Below, in pieces: positions 9,699 through 19,816 of a stretch of DNA of 64,000 bases. This DNA is from Pirellulales bacterium (GTDB taxonomy: Bacteria > Planctomycetota > Planctomycetia > Pirellulales > JAICIG01). The notes under the pieces were generated by a model that saw nothing but the letters and a program-made list of their open reading frames with translations, was not told the DNA's origin and ran no database searches. The translations under genes and the position numbers were made by a program. Every line of letters begins with the position of its first letter. The first letter of the stretch is position 1. The stretch lies in the NCBI GenBank assembly GCA_040901675.1, contig JBBDYJ010000010.1:92876-156875 (forward strand), written 5' to 3'.

Positions 9699-11951
9699 TC
9701 ACTCCACTTTTAATTCCAGCGGGATGCGGCGGTGCTGCGCGTTCGCGTCCAGCTCGATCGGAAGAGTCCAGACTACGCTGCCTACCTTGCACAGCCCCTC
9801 GGACCCTTCCTGGCAGTAGTAGTAAGTCAACGAGACCTTGAGCGTCTCCCGACCGGTGTCGGCGGTGACGGGCAGGCTGATCGTAAACGACTTGCCCGGC
9901 TCGTCGAGCTGGACCGGCTTGCCCAGCGCTTCGCGGCTGACAGACCCTTGGCCATCGGCCGCCTCAACCCGGTAGCGCATCGGCGCCAGCGGGTTCATCT
10001 TGTAGCCGGGGGGCAGCTCGATCTGGACGGCAAGCTCGATCGCCTGCCCGCTGGGGCTGACCTTGGCTGGTGGCAGCTCGATTTGCGTGGCGCCGACCAG
10101 CGAGTCGCGGGGCTCGGGATCGGGCAGCTTGGGTGGCTCCAGCCCGGCAATTTCCAGCGTGGCCACCTGGCTGGTTTCCAGGTCGATCGTGCGGATCAGG
10201 TGATTGTTCGTGTCGGCCACGTAGAGCTTGCCGCCCGCCGCGCTGATGCCGGCCGGCTCGTCGAACCTGGCCGGCTCGTCCTCGCGGCCGGACCGCCCGT
10301 CGCCGGCCAGCGTCGTCGACGTGGACGTGCCCGGGTCGATCACCTTGATCTTGTTGTTGTAGGTGTCGGCCACGTACAGCAGGCCGCCCTGGAATACCAC
10401 TCCCAGGGCGTGCTGCAACCGCACCTCGGTCCCCTGGCCGTCGACGTCGCCGAAGTCGAAGAGGCGGCCGGCCTGCAGATGCGAGGTGCCGACCACCGTG
10501 CCCACTTCTCCGGCCGGATCGAAGGGAACCCGGCGGATGGAGCTTCCCTCGCTGTCGGCCACATACAGCCAGGTGCCGTCGGATGCCAGGCCGCTGGGCT
10601 GCGCGAAAGAGGAAAAGCCCTCCTGGTAAGGTTGCTCGGGCAAGAGCGGACCATCGACGATATCCTCCCGGCCGTTGCCCGCATACGGCCCGATCTCGGA
10701 CTCGTCGAGCGGCATTTTCCAAATCTGGTGGGGGCCGGCCATGGCAATGTACAAGGCATCCTGGTGGACCCACAAAGCCCATGGGCTGGCGAGCCCGGTT
10801 TCCAGCGGCTTGCCCACGAAACGTTCCGGCAGCTCCTGGCCATCCAGTCCCGGCCACGGGTTGCGGCCCTGCTTGCCGTGGCCGGCGATCGTGGTCACTT
10901 GCTTGCGCTCGAGGTCCACCTTGCGCAGCAAGTGGTTCTCGGTGTCGGCCACGTAGAGGGTCGAGCCCGACAGCGCCATGCCCTGCAGGTGGTTGAACGT
11001 GGCCGTGGCAAAGTCGCCGTCGTCCGCCCCCATGCGGCCGGAACCGATCGTCTCCAATAGCGTGCCGTCGAGCCGGGTGACCACGATCCGGTTGTGGTTC
11101 GAATCGGCAATGAACAACCGGCCGCCTTGCTCGTCGGCCAGGATCTTGCCCGGAAAACGCAGCGGCGTTTTATCGGCCCGGTACGCCTCCAGGTCGAACC
11201 TCAACGGCGTTTCATCGAGCACGCCCTTGGCCTTGTAATACGGTATGGCCCGCTTCAGAAAACGGTCGAGGATTTCGAACGGTATCTCTCCCGAATCGCC
11301 GGCCACCAGGTTGCCTTCAGGATCGATGATCCTCAGGCTGGGCCAACTGTTGACCGCGTAGTTCTGCCAGATGACGTGATTGGCGTCGTTGACCACCGGG
11401 TGCTCGATCTCGTAGCGCAGCACGGCGTCGGTGATGTTCTTGGTGTCTTGCTCGTTCTCGAACTTGGCCGAGTGGACGCCGATGACCACCAGCTCGTTGG
11501 GATAGGCGGCCTCCAGCTTCTTCAACTCGGGCAGGATGTGCATGCAGTTGATGCAGCAGTAAGTCCAGAAGTCCAAGAGCACGAACTTGCCTTTCAAGTC
11601 GGCCAGTTCCAGTGGGCCCGCCGTGTTGATCCATCCCAGGCCGCCTGTAAGCTCCGGCGCCTTGATTCTGTGGGGAAACGGGTGCTGGTGCATCGGCTCG
11701 TCATCCTGGGGGCCCTGGGGCGCTTCCGGCTGGCGGCGGTCGGGCTGCGTTGTTTCCGGCCGGCCTGCTTCCTGATGGCTTGCTTCCGGCCGGGCCGCTG
11801 CCTGGGGGGTTTTGGCTTGTGCAGGCGTGGCCTCGGGCTGCCTGGCCTGGCTGGCCGAGGGACCGACGCTAGCGTCCGTGCAGCCGGGGGCGGGTATGGC
11901 CGCCAGAATGCCCAAGGCCATCAAGTTCAACGACCATCCGGGATGTCTCAT
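9699..11951 (-). CDS. Thioredoxin-like plus NHL-repeat protein (NHLRC2-like), exported
   Basis: DFWTYCCINC, repeated LYVADTxNH NHL units, N-terminal signal sequence. Confidence 0.9.
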   Translation of the reverse strand: MRHPGWSLNLMALGILAAIPAPGCTDASVGPSASQARQPEATPAQAKTPQAAARPEASHQEAGRPETTQPDRRQPEAPQGPQDDEPMHQHPFPHRIKAPELTGGLGWINTAGPLELADLKGKFVLLDFWTYCCINCMHILPELKKLEAAYPNELVVIGVHSAKFENEQDTKNITDAVLRYEIEHPVVNDANHVIWQNYAVNSWPSLRIIDPEGNLVAGDSGEIPFEILDRFLKRAIPYYKAKGVLDETPLRFDLEAYRADKTPLRFPGKILADEQGGRLFIADSNHNRIVVTRLDGTLLETIGSGRMGADDGDFATATFNHLQGMALSGSTLYVADTENHLLRKVDLERKQVTTIAGHGKQGRNPWPGLDGQELPERFVGKPLETGLASPWALWVHQDALYIAMAGPHQIWKMPLDESEIGPYAGNGREDIVDGPLLPEQPYQEGFSSFAQPSGLASDGTWLYVADSEGSSIRRVPFDPAGEVGTVVGTSHLQAGRLFDFGDVDGQGTEVRLQHALGVVFQGGLLYVADTYNNKIKVIDPGTSTSTTLAGDGRSGREDEPARFDEPAGISAAGGKLYVADTNNHLIRTIDLETSQVATLEIAGLEPPKLPDPEPRDSLVGATQIELPPAKVSPSGQAIELAVQIELPPGYKMNPLAPMRYRVEAADGQGSVSREALGKPVQLDEPGKSFTISLPVTADTGRETLKVSLTYYYCQEGSEGLCKVGSVVWTLPIELDANAQHRRIPLELKVE

Positions 11952-12191
11952 CCAAAGCTCCCACTGCGAAGAAAGGCCAGAAGCCGCCGGTCAATCCGCC
12001 GGCGAGCCAGTTTACCCCAATTGTAAGCGGAGTAGATTGCAAAGTGGTAACGCGTTTAACGGGTTTAGCGAGGCTTCCCAGGCTTCCTGGGTTAACAGGC
12101 TCTCAGAACGAGGTTAGAGTTTGGGCCACGGACCGGCCGAATTCTGATGGTATCCACCTGCCCAGCGCGTAACAGCCATGCCGTAGCGAAG

Positions 12192-12220
12192 TTGACACAT
12201 TTTCGACAGCGGCGTATGGT
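12192..12220 (+). promoter_or_regulatory. sigma70 promoter upstream of the DUF1573 gene
   Basis: TTGACA-N17-TATGGT. Confidence 0.65.
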
Positions 12221-12269
12221 TCGCGTCCCCGATCCAGCGACCTGAGAACGACCCGGAGGTGATTTTCCC

Positions 12270-13283
12270 GTGCTGCGCACTGTCTTCGCCGCCCTGGTAA
12301 TGCTGTCGGCCTGCGGCCCCGTGGCGTTGGGCCAGGAGTGGGCCCGCAAGATGTTCGAGACGACCAGCCACGATTTCGGGGCGGTGCCGCGAGGGGCTAA
12401 AGTCGAATACCAGTTCAAGTTATCGAACCTCTATCAGGAAGACATCCATATTGCCGGCGTGCGTTCGAGCTGCGGTTGCACGACTCCCTCGATTACCGAG
12501 GACACGCTGAAGACCTACGAGACCAGCACCATCGTGGCTGCCTTCAATACGCGAAACTTTTTGGGGCAGAAGAAGGCCACGGTCACGGTGACCATCGATC
12601 AGCCGTTTTATGCCGAGGTCCAGTTGCACGTTGCGGGCTATATCCGCAGCGACGTCGTGTTGTATCCGGGAGCGGTGGAGTTTGGCAGCGTGGACCAGGG
12701 CTCGACGGCGGAGAAGACGATCAAGATCACCTACGCCGGACGCAGCGATTGGCAAATCGTCGATGTCAGGCCCCCCCCGTTCCTGGATGCCAGTGTCCGT
12801 GAAACGGGACGCGGCAACGGCCAGGTGACCTACGATCTGCACGTGCGTCTCAAGCCCGAGGCGCCGGCGGGGTTCGTCAAGCAGCAATTGATGCTGGTAA
12901 CCAACGACCGGCGGGCGACCCAGTTGCCGGTCGACGTGGAAGGCCGGATCGTCTCGGAGCTGACGATTAGCCCCGCCTCGCTGTTCATGGGCTCCTTGAA
13001 GCCGGGGCAGAAGGTGACCAAGCAGCTCGTGGTGCAGTGCAAGAAGCCGTTCCGGATCACGGCAGTCACCTGCGGCAGCGAGTCGTTCAAGATGCAAGCA
13101 CTCGAGGTGGCCAAACCGGTCCACCTGGTGCCGGTGACGTTCGTTGCCGGTGACAAACCCGGCAAGGTCACTTACCGGATCCGCATTGAAACCGACCTGG
13201 GCGAGGACGTGGCTTCCGAACTTTCGGCGTATGCCCAGGTTCTCGAGGTCGAGGAGACCGAGCCGGCCGACGCCGCTCCCTAG
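12270..13283 (+). CDS. DUF1573 domain secreted protein
   Basis: Signal peptide, HDFG.V..G, SSCGCT motif, Ig-like repeats. Confidence 0.85.
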   Translation: MLRTVFAALVMLSACGPVALGQEWARKMFETTSHDFGAVPRGAKVEYQFKLSNLYQEDIHIAGVRSSCGCTTPSITEDTLKTYETSTIVAAFNTRNFLGQKKATVTVTIDQPFYAEVQLHVAGYIRSDVVLYPGAVEFGSVDQGSTAEKTIKITYAGRSDWQIVDVRPPPFLDASVRETGRGNGQVTYDLHVRLKPEAPAGFVKQQLMLVTNDRRATQLPVDVEGRIVSELTISPASLFMGSLKPGQKVTKQLVVQCKKPFRITAVTCGSESFKMQALEVAKPVHLVPVTFVAGDKPGKVTYRIRIETDLGEDVASELSAYAQVLEVEETEPADAAP

Positions 13284-13301
13284 GCGGCCGGCATCGAACC
13301 G

Positions 13302-13375
13302 CGGCGGGCGGCAGGGAGCCTGGCGGGCAGCAGGGGGCCTGGCGGGCGGCGGGGGAGCCTGGCGGGCGGCAGCGG
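13302..13375. repeat. GC-rich ~18-20 bp tandem repeat (GGCGGGCRGCRGGGRGCCT), about 3.5 copies
   Basis: Visible tandem units between the convergent DUF1573 and apt stop codons. Confidence 0.7.
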
Positions 13376-13379
13376 CCGG

Positions 13380-13928
13380 CTACTCGTACTTGAGCAGGCT
13401 GAAGGCCTCGTAAGGCGCGATCTTTTTCGCTCCACCCAGGGCGGTCAGTTCGATCACAAAGGCGCAACCGGCGACGTCGGCGCCGGCCCGCTCGACCAGC
13501 CGCAAACAGGCCTCCATGGTTCCACCCGTGGCCAGCAGGTCGTCGACCAGCAGCACGCGTTGGCCGGAGGCAATGCCGTCGGTGTGGACTTCGAGCGTGT
13601 CGGTTCCGTACTCCAGCTCGTAATGGAAGGCGTGGGTGTCGAACGGCAATTTGCCCGGCTTGCGAACGGGGACAAACCCGGCCTTGAGCTCCAAAGCCAA
13701 GGGGGCGGCGAAGATGAATCCGCGTGCTTCGGCGGCGGCGACCACGTCGACCTTGGCCTGGCGGTAATGGTCGGCAAGGCGGCGGACCGCCTCGCAAAAG
13801 GCGGCTGGATGCGCCAACAGCGGCGTGATGTCGCGGAACAGGATTCCCGGCTTGGGAAAATCGGGGATCGAGCGGACAAACATGGCCAGGTCGGGGGCGG
13901 CGGCTACACTCATCGGTTTACTGCTCAT
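13380..13928 (-). CDS. apt: Adenine phosphoribosyltransferase
   Basis: [48 protein letters not shown]. Start is 13928 or 13913. Confidence 0.96.
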   Translation of the reverse strand: MSSKPMSVAAAPDLAMFVRSIPDFPKPGILFRDITPLLAHPAAFCEAVRRLADHYRQAKVDVVAAAEARGFIFAAPLALELKAGFVPVRKPGKLPFDTHAFHYELEYGTDTLEVHTDGIASGQRVLLVDDLLATGGTMEACLRLVERAGADVAGCAFVIELTALGGAKKIAPYEAFSLLKYE

Positions 13929-14224
13929 GGAAGCGACTCCCCGAGGCGGCCCAGCGGCTGAGGCGCCCGCGGAATCCAGGCGCTGCCGAATATATACACC
14001 GCAACTGCCGGGCAAGCCAGCCAGCACCCCGGCCGGAGTGCCAAGAGACTCAGGGAGCAACGGTTGGACCGGGCTAACGGGCTAGACCAAACGGGGGGGT
14101 ATGCCGGCGAGCAAGTCGAAGACCGCGGCCCTTGCGGGATTGGATGCCGGGAAGCAAACTAGCAAGGAACGCGGGCGCGAGCCCACGGCGTGGTTCGCTA
14201 GTCTGATCCAGCTAAGGGAGCCGT

Positions 14225-15910
14225 ATGTCGATCGACCCGGAAGTGATTCGAGCCGAGTTCCATGTGGTCATCGCCCGCGTGATCGAGGAAAACGCCGGAG
14301 TGATCATCGATCGCTGGCGGCGGCGAGCGGTGGCCGAGCAGCCCAACGCGCGGCGGGTGCACGAACAAGCTGTGCTGGACCATCTGCCCGACTTGCTGCG
14401 AGCCATCGGTCAAAGCCTGCGGTCGCGGGATCCCGGCGCGGAACCTTACGAGCGTCCGGCGCGTCAGCATGGCGGCCAGCGATGGGACACCGGCTGGTCG
14501 CTGACGGAACTAGTCCGTGATTACCAGATTCTGCGGCTCGTGCTGTTAGAGTTTATCGAGGAGTCGCTCGATCGGCCGCCGAGCGTCCGCGAATGGATGG
14601 CAATTGGACTGGCTCTCGATGAAACAATCGGGACCAGCGTGCAGACGTACGTCGACCACCGCGAAGCGGAGACCCGTGACCTCGAGCGCAGGCGCGTTGA
14701 GCAGGAGCGGGCCCTGCAGGAGAGTTATCAGCAGGCCCTGCTGGAGCAAGCCGAGGCGCTGAAGAAGAACGACCGGCACAAGAACGAATTCCTGGCACTG
14801 CTCGGGCACGAATTGCGCAATCCGCTGGGCGCGATGTCCAATGCGCTGGAGCTGACGCGCGTGCTCGATCCGGAGGATCCCGACTTCCGCCAGGCATCGG
14901 AGATCCTGAAGCGCCAGTTGCACCAGATGGAACGCCTGGTCGATGATTTGCTCGACATTTCGCGGATCAGCCGGGGCGTCATCGAACTGAAGATGCAGCC
15001 GGTCGAGCTGGCCACCGCCATGAGAGACGCCGATTCGGCGGCCCGGCCCCTGGCCGAGGCGCGCGGGCACCAGCTTCACCTGGAGCTGCCGGCCCGGCCC
15101 ATCTTGCTCGACGCCGATCCTGCCCGGCTCCAGCAGGTCCTCATGAACCTGCTGATCAATGCCGTCAAGTACACGCCCGGCAGTGGGCACATCTGGCTTT
15201 CCGGAGAAGTCGTCGGCGATCGCGCCGTGATCCGCGTGAAGGACGACGGCATCGGCATCCCGGCCGAAATGCTGCCCGACATCTTCGATTTGTTCATGCA
15301 GGCGCAGCCGGCCAGCCGTCATAGCGAAGGCGGACTGGGCATCGGCCTGACGCTGGTCCGCAAACTGGTCGAGTTGCACGGTGGCACCGTCACCGCGGCC
15401 AGCGACGGGCGGGGCCGAGGCTGCCAGTTCGAAGTCAGCTTGCCTGTGTCCACCCGCCAACCGGCGGCCGAGTCGCCCGGCGGCAATGACTCGACTCCCG
15501 TTCGATCGGTCCGGATGCGCGTGCTGGTGGTCGACGACAACCTGGACGTGGGGCGGACTCTCGCCGCCTTGCTCAAACACGCCGGTCACGACGTGCGGCT
15601 GGCTCATGATGGGCCGGCAGCCATCCAGATTGCCCGCGACTACCAACCCGAAACGGTGCTGGTCGATATCGGACTTCCCGGCATGGATGGCTACGAGCTG
15701 GCGCGACGGCTGCGCAACGAAGTCGGCTTGGAGCGGGCCATGCTGGCCGCATTGACGGGCTATGGCCATGAAGAGGATCGCCGGCGCTCGGACGAAGCCG
15801 GCTTCGACCACCACCTGACCAAGCCGGTGCGAAGCGAGATGCTGTTGTCGCTTTTGTCGGGCGGCCGGCTGAAGGGGCCGCTGGTGGTCTCAGGCGAAGG
15901 CGGCAACTGA
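14225..15910 (+). CDS. Cytoplasmic hybrid histidine kinase/response regulator with RsbRD-N-like helical N-terminus
   Basis: HELRNPL, NLLINAVKY, DDGIGI, GGLGIGL and a C-terminal REC domain. N-terminal HG.QR...GW.L.EL.RDY.ILR. Confidence 0.92.
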   Translation: MSIDPEVIRAEFHVVIARVIEENAGVIIDRWRRRAVAEQPNARRVHEQAVLDHLPDLLRAIGQSLRSRDPGAEPYERPARQHGGQRWDTGWSLTELVRDYQILRLVLLEFIEESLDRPPSVREWMAIGLALDETIGTSVQTYVDHREAETRDLERRRVEQERALQESYQQALLEQAEALKKNDRHKNEFLALLGHELRNPLGAMSNALELTRVLDPEDPDFRQASEILKRQLHQMERLVDDLLDISRISRGVIELKMQPVELATAMRDADSAARPLAEARGHQLHLELPARPILLDADPARLQQVLMNLLINAVKYTPGSGHIWLSGEVVGDRAVIRVKDDGIGIPAEMLPDIFDLFMQAQPASRHSEGGLGIGLTLVRKLVELHGGTVTAASDGRGRGCQFEVSLPVSTRQPAAESPGGNDSTPVRSVRMRVLVVDDNLDVGRTLAALLKHAGHDVRLAHDGPAAIQIARDYQPETVLVDIGLPGMDGYELARRLRNEVGLERAMLAALTGYGHEEDRRRSDEAGFDHHLTKPVRSEMLLSLLSGGRLKGPLVVSGEGGN

Positions 15911-15940
15911 TCCGGACAGTTGCGGGGGATTGCACCCGCT

Positions 15941-16102
15941 TCACCGCACGACGCCGAAAAGCACCAAGAGCAAGACGATCAACAGCACCAGCCCGATGCC
16001 GCCGCTGGGGTAATAGCCCCACTCGCGGCTGTAAGGCCAGGCGGGCGCCGCACCGAGCAGGAGCAACACCAGGATAATCAGCAAAATGGTTCCAAGGCCC
16101 AT
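15941..16102 (-). CDS. DUF3309 family small membrane protein
   Basis: MGLGTILLIILVLLLLGA.P.WPYSR.WGYYPSGG.GL; GAGG SD. Confidence 0.9.
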   Translation of the reverse strand: MGLGTILLIILVLLLLGAAPAWPYSREWGYYPSGGIGLVLLIVLLLVLFGVVR

Positions 16103-16257
16103 GCGATAACCTCTTCTGTGTCTGGTGGGTCCACTTGGGCATGCCTGCCGCGTGCCGTGCCGGCCCTTCGTGGTTCCACCGTCGCCGGACTTGCGATGGC
16201 GACAGCGCCCCCAGGTACGTTGCCTGGGGGGTTGACGTGCCCACCGAGATGAGGAAG

Positions 16258-16272
16258 GCAAATGGCGTGCCA
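16258..16272 (-). promoter_or_regulatory. sigma54 (-24/-12) promoter for the DUF3309 gene
   Basis: TGGCACG-CCAT-TTGC on the minus strand, matching the consensus. Confidence 0.7.
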
Positions 16273-16401
16273 TCTCGCCAATCACGAAAAAACCGGCCGG
16301 CGCCAGACGTGAGCGGCCCCCCGGATTCGGGCTCTGGCTCAGGCCTGCACGATCTGGCACGTGATCGGCCAGGCCAACCCGGCGGACGATGAGGTCGGAC
16401 G

Positions 16402-17379
16402 ATGAGCAAACCGAGAGTCTTCGTTACCCGGCGGATCCCCGATGCCGGACTGAAGAAGATTGCCGAGCACTGCCAGGCCGAGATCTGGCCGGAACAGCTT
16501 CCGCCGCCGCCCGAAATCCTGCGGCAAAAAGTCGCCGACTGCGAAGGCCTGCTGTCGCTGTTGACCGACCGGGTGGACCAGGCGCTGTTGGCGGCGGCGC
16601 CGCGGCTCCAAGTGGTCAGCAACTATGCCGTCGGGTTCAATAACATCGACGTGGCCGCCTGCACCGCCCGTGGCGTGGCGGTGGGCAATACTCCCGGCGT
16701 GTTGACCGACGCGACCGCCGATATGGCGTTCGCCCTGTTGATTGCCGCGGCCCGCAGGATCGTGGAGGCTCACGAGTATGCCGCCGGCGGCCAATGGAAG
16801 ACCTGGGAGCCGCTGGGCCATATCGGCCAGGACCTGGCCGGGCGCACGCTGGGGGTGGTCGGCATGGGACGCATCGGTTTCGCTTTGGCCCGGCGCTGCC
16901 GGCTCGGTTGGGAGATGAAGGTGCTGTATCACGATGCTCGGCGCAACGAACGAGCCGAGCGCGAACTCTCGGCCGAGCAGGTGCCGCTCGACAAGTTGCT
17001 GGCCGAGTCGGACTTCGTTTCGCTGCACGCCGACTTGAACGAGAGCACGCGTGGCATGTTCGACGCGTCGGCCTTCGACAAGATGAAGCGGACCGCCGTA
17101 TTCGTCAACACCGCGCGGGGGCCGCTGGTGGTGGAGCGCGACCTGGTCGAGGCACTTCGCGGCGGGAAGATCTTTGCCGCGGGATTGGACGTCACGGATC
17201 CGGAGCCACCGGCCGCCGACAATCCGCTGCTGCGATTGCCCAACGCGGTGGTGGTGCCGCACATTGCCAGCGCCACGGTCTCCAGCCGCAACGCCATGGC
17301 CGAAATCGCGGCCGACAACCTGATCGCCGGCCTGGAGGGGCGGCCGCTGCGCTGCCGGGTGAACCCGAGCAAGGGATGA
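16402..17379 (+). CDS. D-glycerate dehydrogenase/glyoxylate reductase (D-2-hydroxyacid dehydrogenase)
   Basis: NTPGVLTDATAD, GMGRIG, NTARG, AGLDV, PHIASA. Confidence 0.92.
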   Translation: MSKPRVFVTRRIPDAGLKKIAEHCQAEIWPEQLPPPPEILRQKVADCEGLLSLLTDRVDQALLAAAPRLQVVSNYAVGFNNIDVAACTARGVAVGNTPGVLTDATADMAFALLIAAARRIVEAHEYAAGGQWKTWEPLGHIGQDLAGRTLGVVGMGRIGFALARRCRLGWEMKVLYHDARRNERAERELSAEQVPLDKLLAESDFVSLHADLNESTRGMFDASAFDKMKRTAVFVNTARGPLVVERDLVEALRGGKIFAAGLDVTDPEPPAADNPLLRLPNAVVVPHIASATVSSRNAMAEIAADNLIAGLEGRPLRCRVNPSKG

Positions 17380-17439
17380 AGGAGGAAGGAGGAAGGAGGA
17401 TAGTCGCCTAGGGCGCAGGCGTCACCGCGGGAAAGGAGC

Positions 17440-17467
17440 TTCCTCACGCGGAGCGTGAGGGCTACTT
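17440..17467 (-). repeat. GTAG-type REP-like palindrome (GTAGCCCTCACGCTCCGCGTGAGG)
   Basis: A near-identical copy lies on the + strand at about 59618-59643. Confidence 0.7.
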
Positions 17468-18333
17468 TACGGGCGGCGGCGCTGGTAGCGGCGGCTGGCC
17501 TCCTCCAGCGTGCGGCGTTCGTCGGCGGTCAAGCTGGCTTCTCCCTCGCGCGAGATCTTCTCAAGGATCCGGTCGACCCGCAGGCCCAAGTCCGGCTCGC
17601 GCTGCGGTGGCTCGTGCACGCGCAGCTTGGGCCTTCGCTTGAAGCGCGGCAGCGACAACCGGCGCGGCACGAGGCGGCCCAAGCTCCAGCCCGTCCCGTA
17701 GTACAAAAACGCCGCCAAGACGCCGCCTAAATGGGCCGCATACGCCACGCGGTCGGTATCATCGCCTTGCGGGCCGCGGCTGTACCCCAGAAGGTCCTGC
17801 GCGATGTACAGAGTGCACAGGACCCAGGCCGGCACCGGAAACACGCCCCAAATGTAGAGCAGGCGGCGCGGATAATGGATCACGAACAAGACCACAACCC
17901 CCGAGATCGCTCCGGAAGCGCCGATCGCTTGTGGAACTACATCATCGCGCGGCGTCACCATGTCGGTCGTGACCGCCCAAATCAGACCGCTGACCACGAG
18001 GAACGTCATGTAGATGCTCAGGAACTCGCGGCGCCCATAAATGGCTTCCACGTCGCGGCCAAAGAACCACAATACGAGCATGTTGAAGCCGAGGTGGAAC
18101 ACGTTGTGGCGATCGTGAGCGAAGCCGGCCGTGATCAGTTGCCAGGCCTTCCAGGGATGGCGCAACAGGTCGGCGTACAGCGCCATCCGACTGCTCAATT
18201 CGCCGCCAAAGAGCATGTCAGCCAGGAAAACCGCAATGTTGATGATCAGCAGGTTGGCGACCATGGTACGGTCGCCGCCCAGGAAGAATCCCTGGGGCTC
18301 TTGGCGCACATAATCTCGATCGTATAGACCCAT
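17467..18333 (-). CDS. Rhomboid family intramembrane serine protease
   Basis: HLGFNM, GASG, AHLGG catalytic motifs; C-terminal VDRILEKI....SLT..E domain. Confidence 0.93.
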   Translation of the reverse strand: MGLYDRDYVRQEPQGFFLGGDRTMVANLLIINIAVFLADMLFGGELSSRMALYADLLRHPWKAWQLITAGFAHDRHNVFHLGFNMLVLWFFGRDVEAIYGRREFLSIYMTFLVVSGLIWAVTTDMVTPRDDVVPQAIGASGAISGVVVLFVIHYPRRLLYIWGVFPVPAWVLCTLYIAQDLLGYSRGPQGDDTDRVAYAAHLGGVLAAFLYYGTGWSLGRLVPRRLSLPRFKRRPKLRVHEPPQREPDLGLRVDRILEKISREGEASLTADERRTLEEASRRYQRRRP

Positions 18334-18462
18334 TGGCCGGTGCGCTCTATGAAAGGGTTCCGTCCGCGGCGTGCTGACACGCCTGCCATTGCCCCACTTG
18401 CCTTGAGAGTCGCCGAGCGTCGACCGCGCCCGGCGAGCCGACGCTTGCCAACGCCCCGCAGC

Positions 18463-19560
18463 TTAGCGGGCGATGGCCACCGGCCGGCCAGCCGCCGGTG
18501 GGCTAGGGCCTGCCGCCGCATTAATCCTTTCGGCCGCCTGGGTCTGCATGGCGGTCCACTGGGCGGCCAGCCTCTTGGTCTCGGCCAGCAAATCGGCCAC
18601 TTCCTGGCGCAGCGCGGCGATTCTGGCGTCCAGGGCCTCGTGGTGCGCCTGGATGGTGTCGCGTTCCGACTCGACTCTGGCCAACTCGGGCTTCAAGTCG
18701 TTGTCGATGTGCTGCTGCCGGAGCTGGACCTGCCGCTGAGTGTCGTCGCGGGTTTTTTCGGCGAAGGCCTTGTCGATGGTTCGGGCCGCAATGCGGTCGC
18801 GTTCCGCCGACATCTGCCGGTGCAGCTCGCCGAAGTAGACCGCATAGTCGCGGAGCTGCCGCTCGTACTTTCCGTCGGCCACCCGGTCGGGCGGATCGTC
18901 AGCGGTTGCGTTCTGCCCGTGACGCAGGTACTCGTTGAGCACTTCGGGCGGCACGCCGGGCATCAGGGCCGCCAGTTGGGCCTGGTCCAACCCGGCAAAC
19001 GTGCCGTGGCGGTCGCCCGGCATTCGTTCGTACAGCACCCAGAACATTCGTTGCGTGCCGGCGATGCGCTTCAGCTCGCGGTCCGTCAGCTTCATGGCCG
19101 GCTTCAACTGGATTTGCTTGTCGGAAACACCGGCTACCTCGAACTCGCCCAGGTAGGCGCCGCCCTGCGCTTGCCCGTCCGGGGTTTGTTCGAAAACATA
19201 GAGCACCGATTTGCTGTTGATCCGATGGGGGTCGGGCTCTTGGACCAGCACGACCGCCTCGCCGGTCTGTGCCACGACTTCTTGTGGATTGGCCCCATAC
19301 CAGACGCGTCCCCGATCGACCAGCAGATCGTGCAAGGCAACCTTCAGCTCGCGGATTCCCGGAACCGATTGCCCGTCGGGAGTTACTTGCCCCTCCCTCA
19401 ATGTCTTGGCGAGTCCTTCGGCATCGAACAGCGGCTTCTGGTAGCTGTTGGCCGCCTGTTTCCATGCCTGGTGCGTCTTCAGGGTTCGAGCGGCCACGTA
19501 AAAAAATCCGATCGACGCAACGAAAATCAGACCGATCAGGATCTTGTTCCAGATGCTCAT
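18463..19560 (-). CDS. Hypothetical protein with N-terminal anchor and coiled coil
   Basis: One N-terminal TM and a C-terminal heptad-rich region; has its own promoter. Confidence 0.75.
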   Translation of the reverse strand: MSIWNKILIGLIFVASIGFFYVAARTLKTHQAWKQAANSYQKPLFDAEGLAKTLREGQVTPDGQSVPGIRELKVALHDLLVDRGRVWYGANPQEVVAQTGEAVVLVQEPDPHRINSKSVLYVFEQTPDGQAQGGAYLGEFEVAGVSDKQIQLKPAMKLTDRELKRIAGTQRMFWVLYERMPGDRHGTFAGLDQAQLAALMPGVPPEVLNEYLRHGQNATADDPPDRVADGKYERQLRDYAVYFGELHRQMSAERDRIAARTIDKAFAEKTRDDTQRQVQLRQQHIDNDLKPELARVESERDTIQAHHEALDARIAALRQEVADLLAETKRLAAQWTAMQTQAAERINAAAGPSPPAAGRPVAIAR

Positions 19561-19610
19561 GGCGAAGTGGGTCGCGACAGAAAAGTCTTTGCGAATAGCC
19601 TCTTAGGTCG

Positions 19611-19639
19611 ATAATAGGCAGCCCCGGGGGGAGTGTCAA
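19611..19639 (-). promoter_or_regulatory. sigma70 promoter
   Basis: TTGACA-N17-TATTAT on the minus strand, 50 nt upstream of ATG 19560. Confidence 0.7.
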
Positions 19640-19816
19640 GCATTTGCGCCCGGAAGCGCGAGGGCACAATCGCTGCAACCGCGCCAGGCCAAGGCCGGCC
19701 CGGCGGACTCGCCTGCGGCCTGTCCGGTGGGTGACAGTGCAGGACCGGCAGGGTAATATTGCGTTTTGCGACCTTTTGTGCCGCGTGGCACTGAACCGAC
19801 CAGGAGAGCGTGAAAA

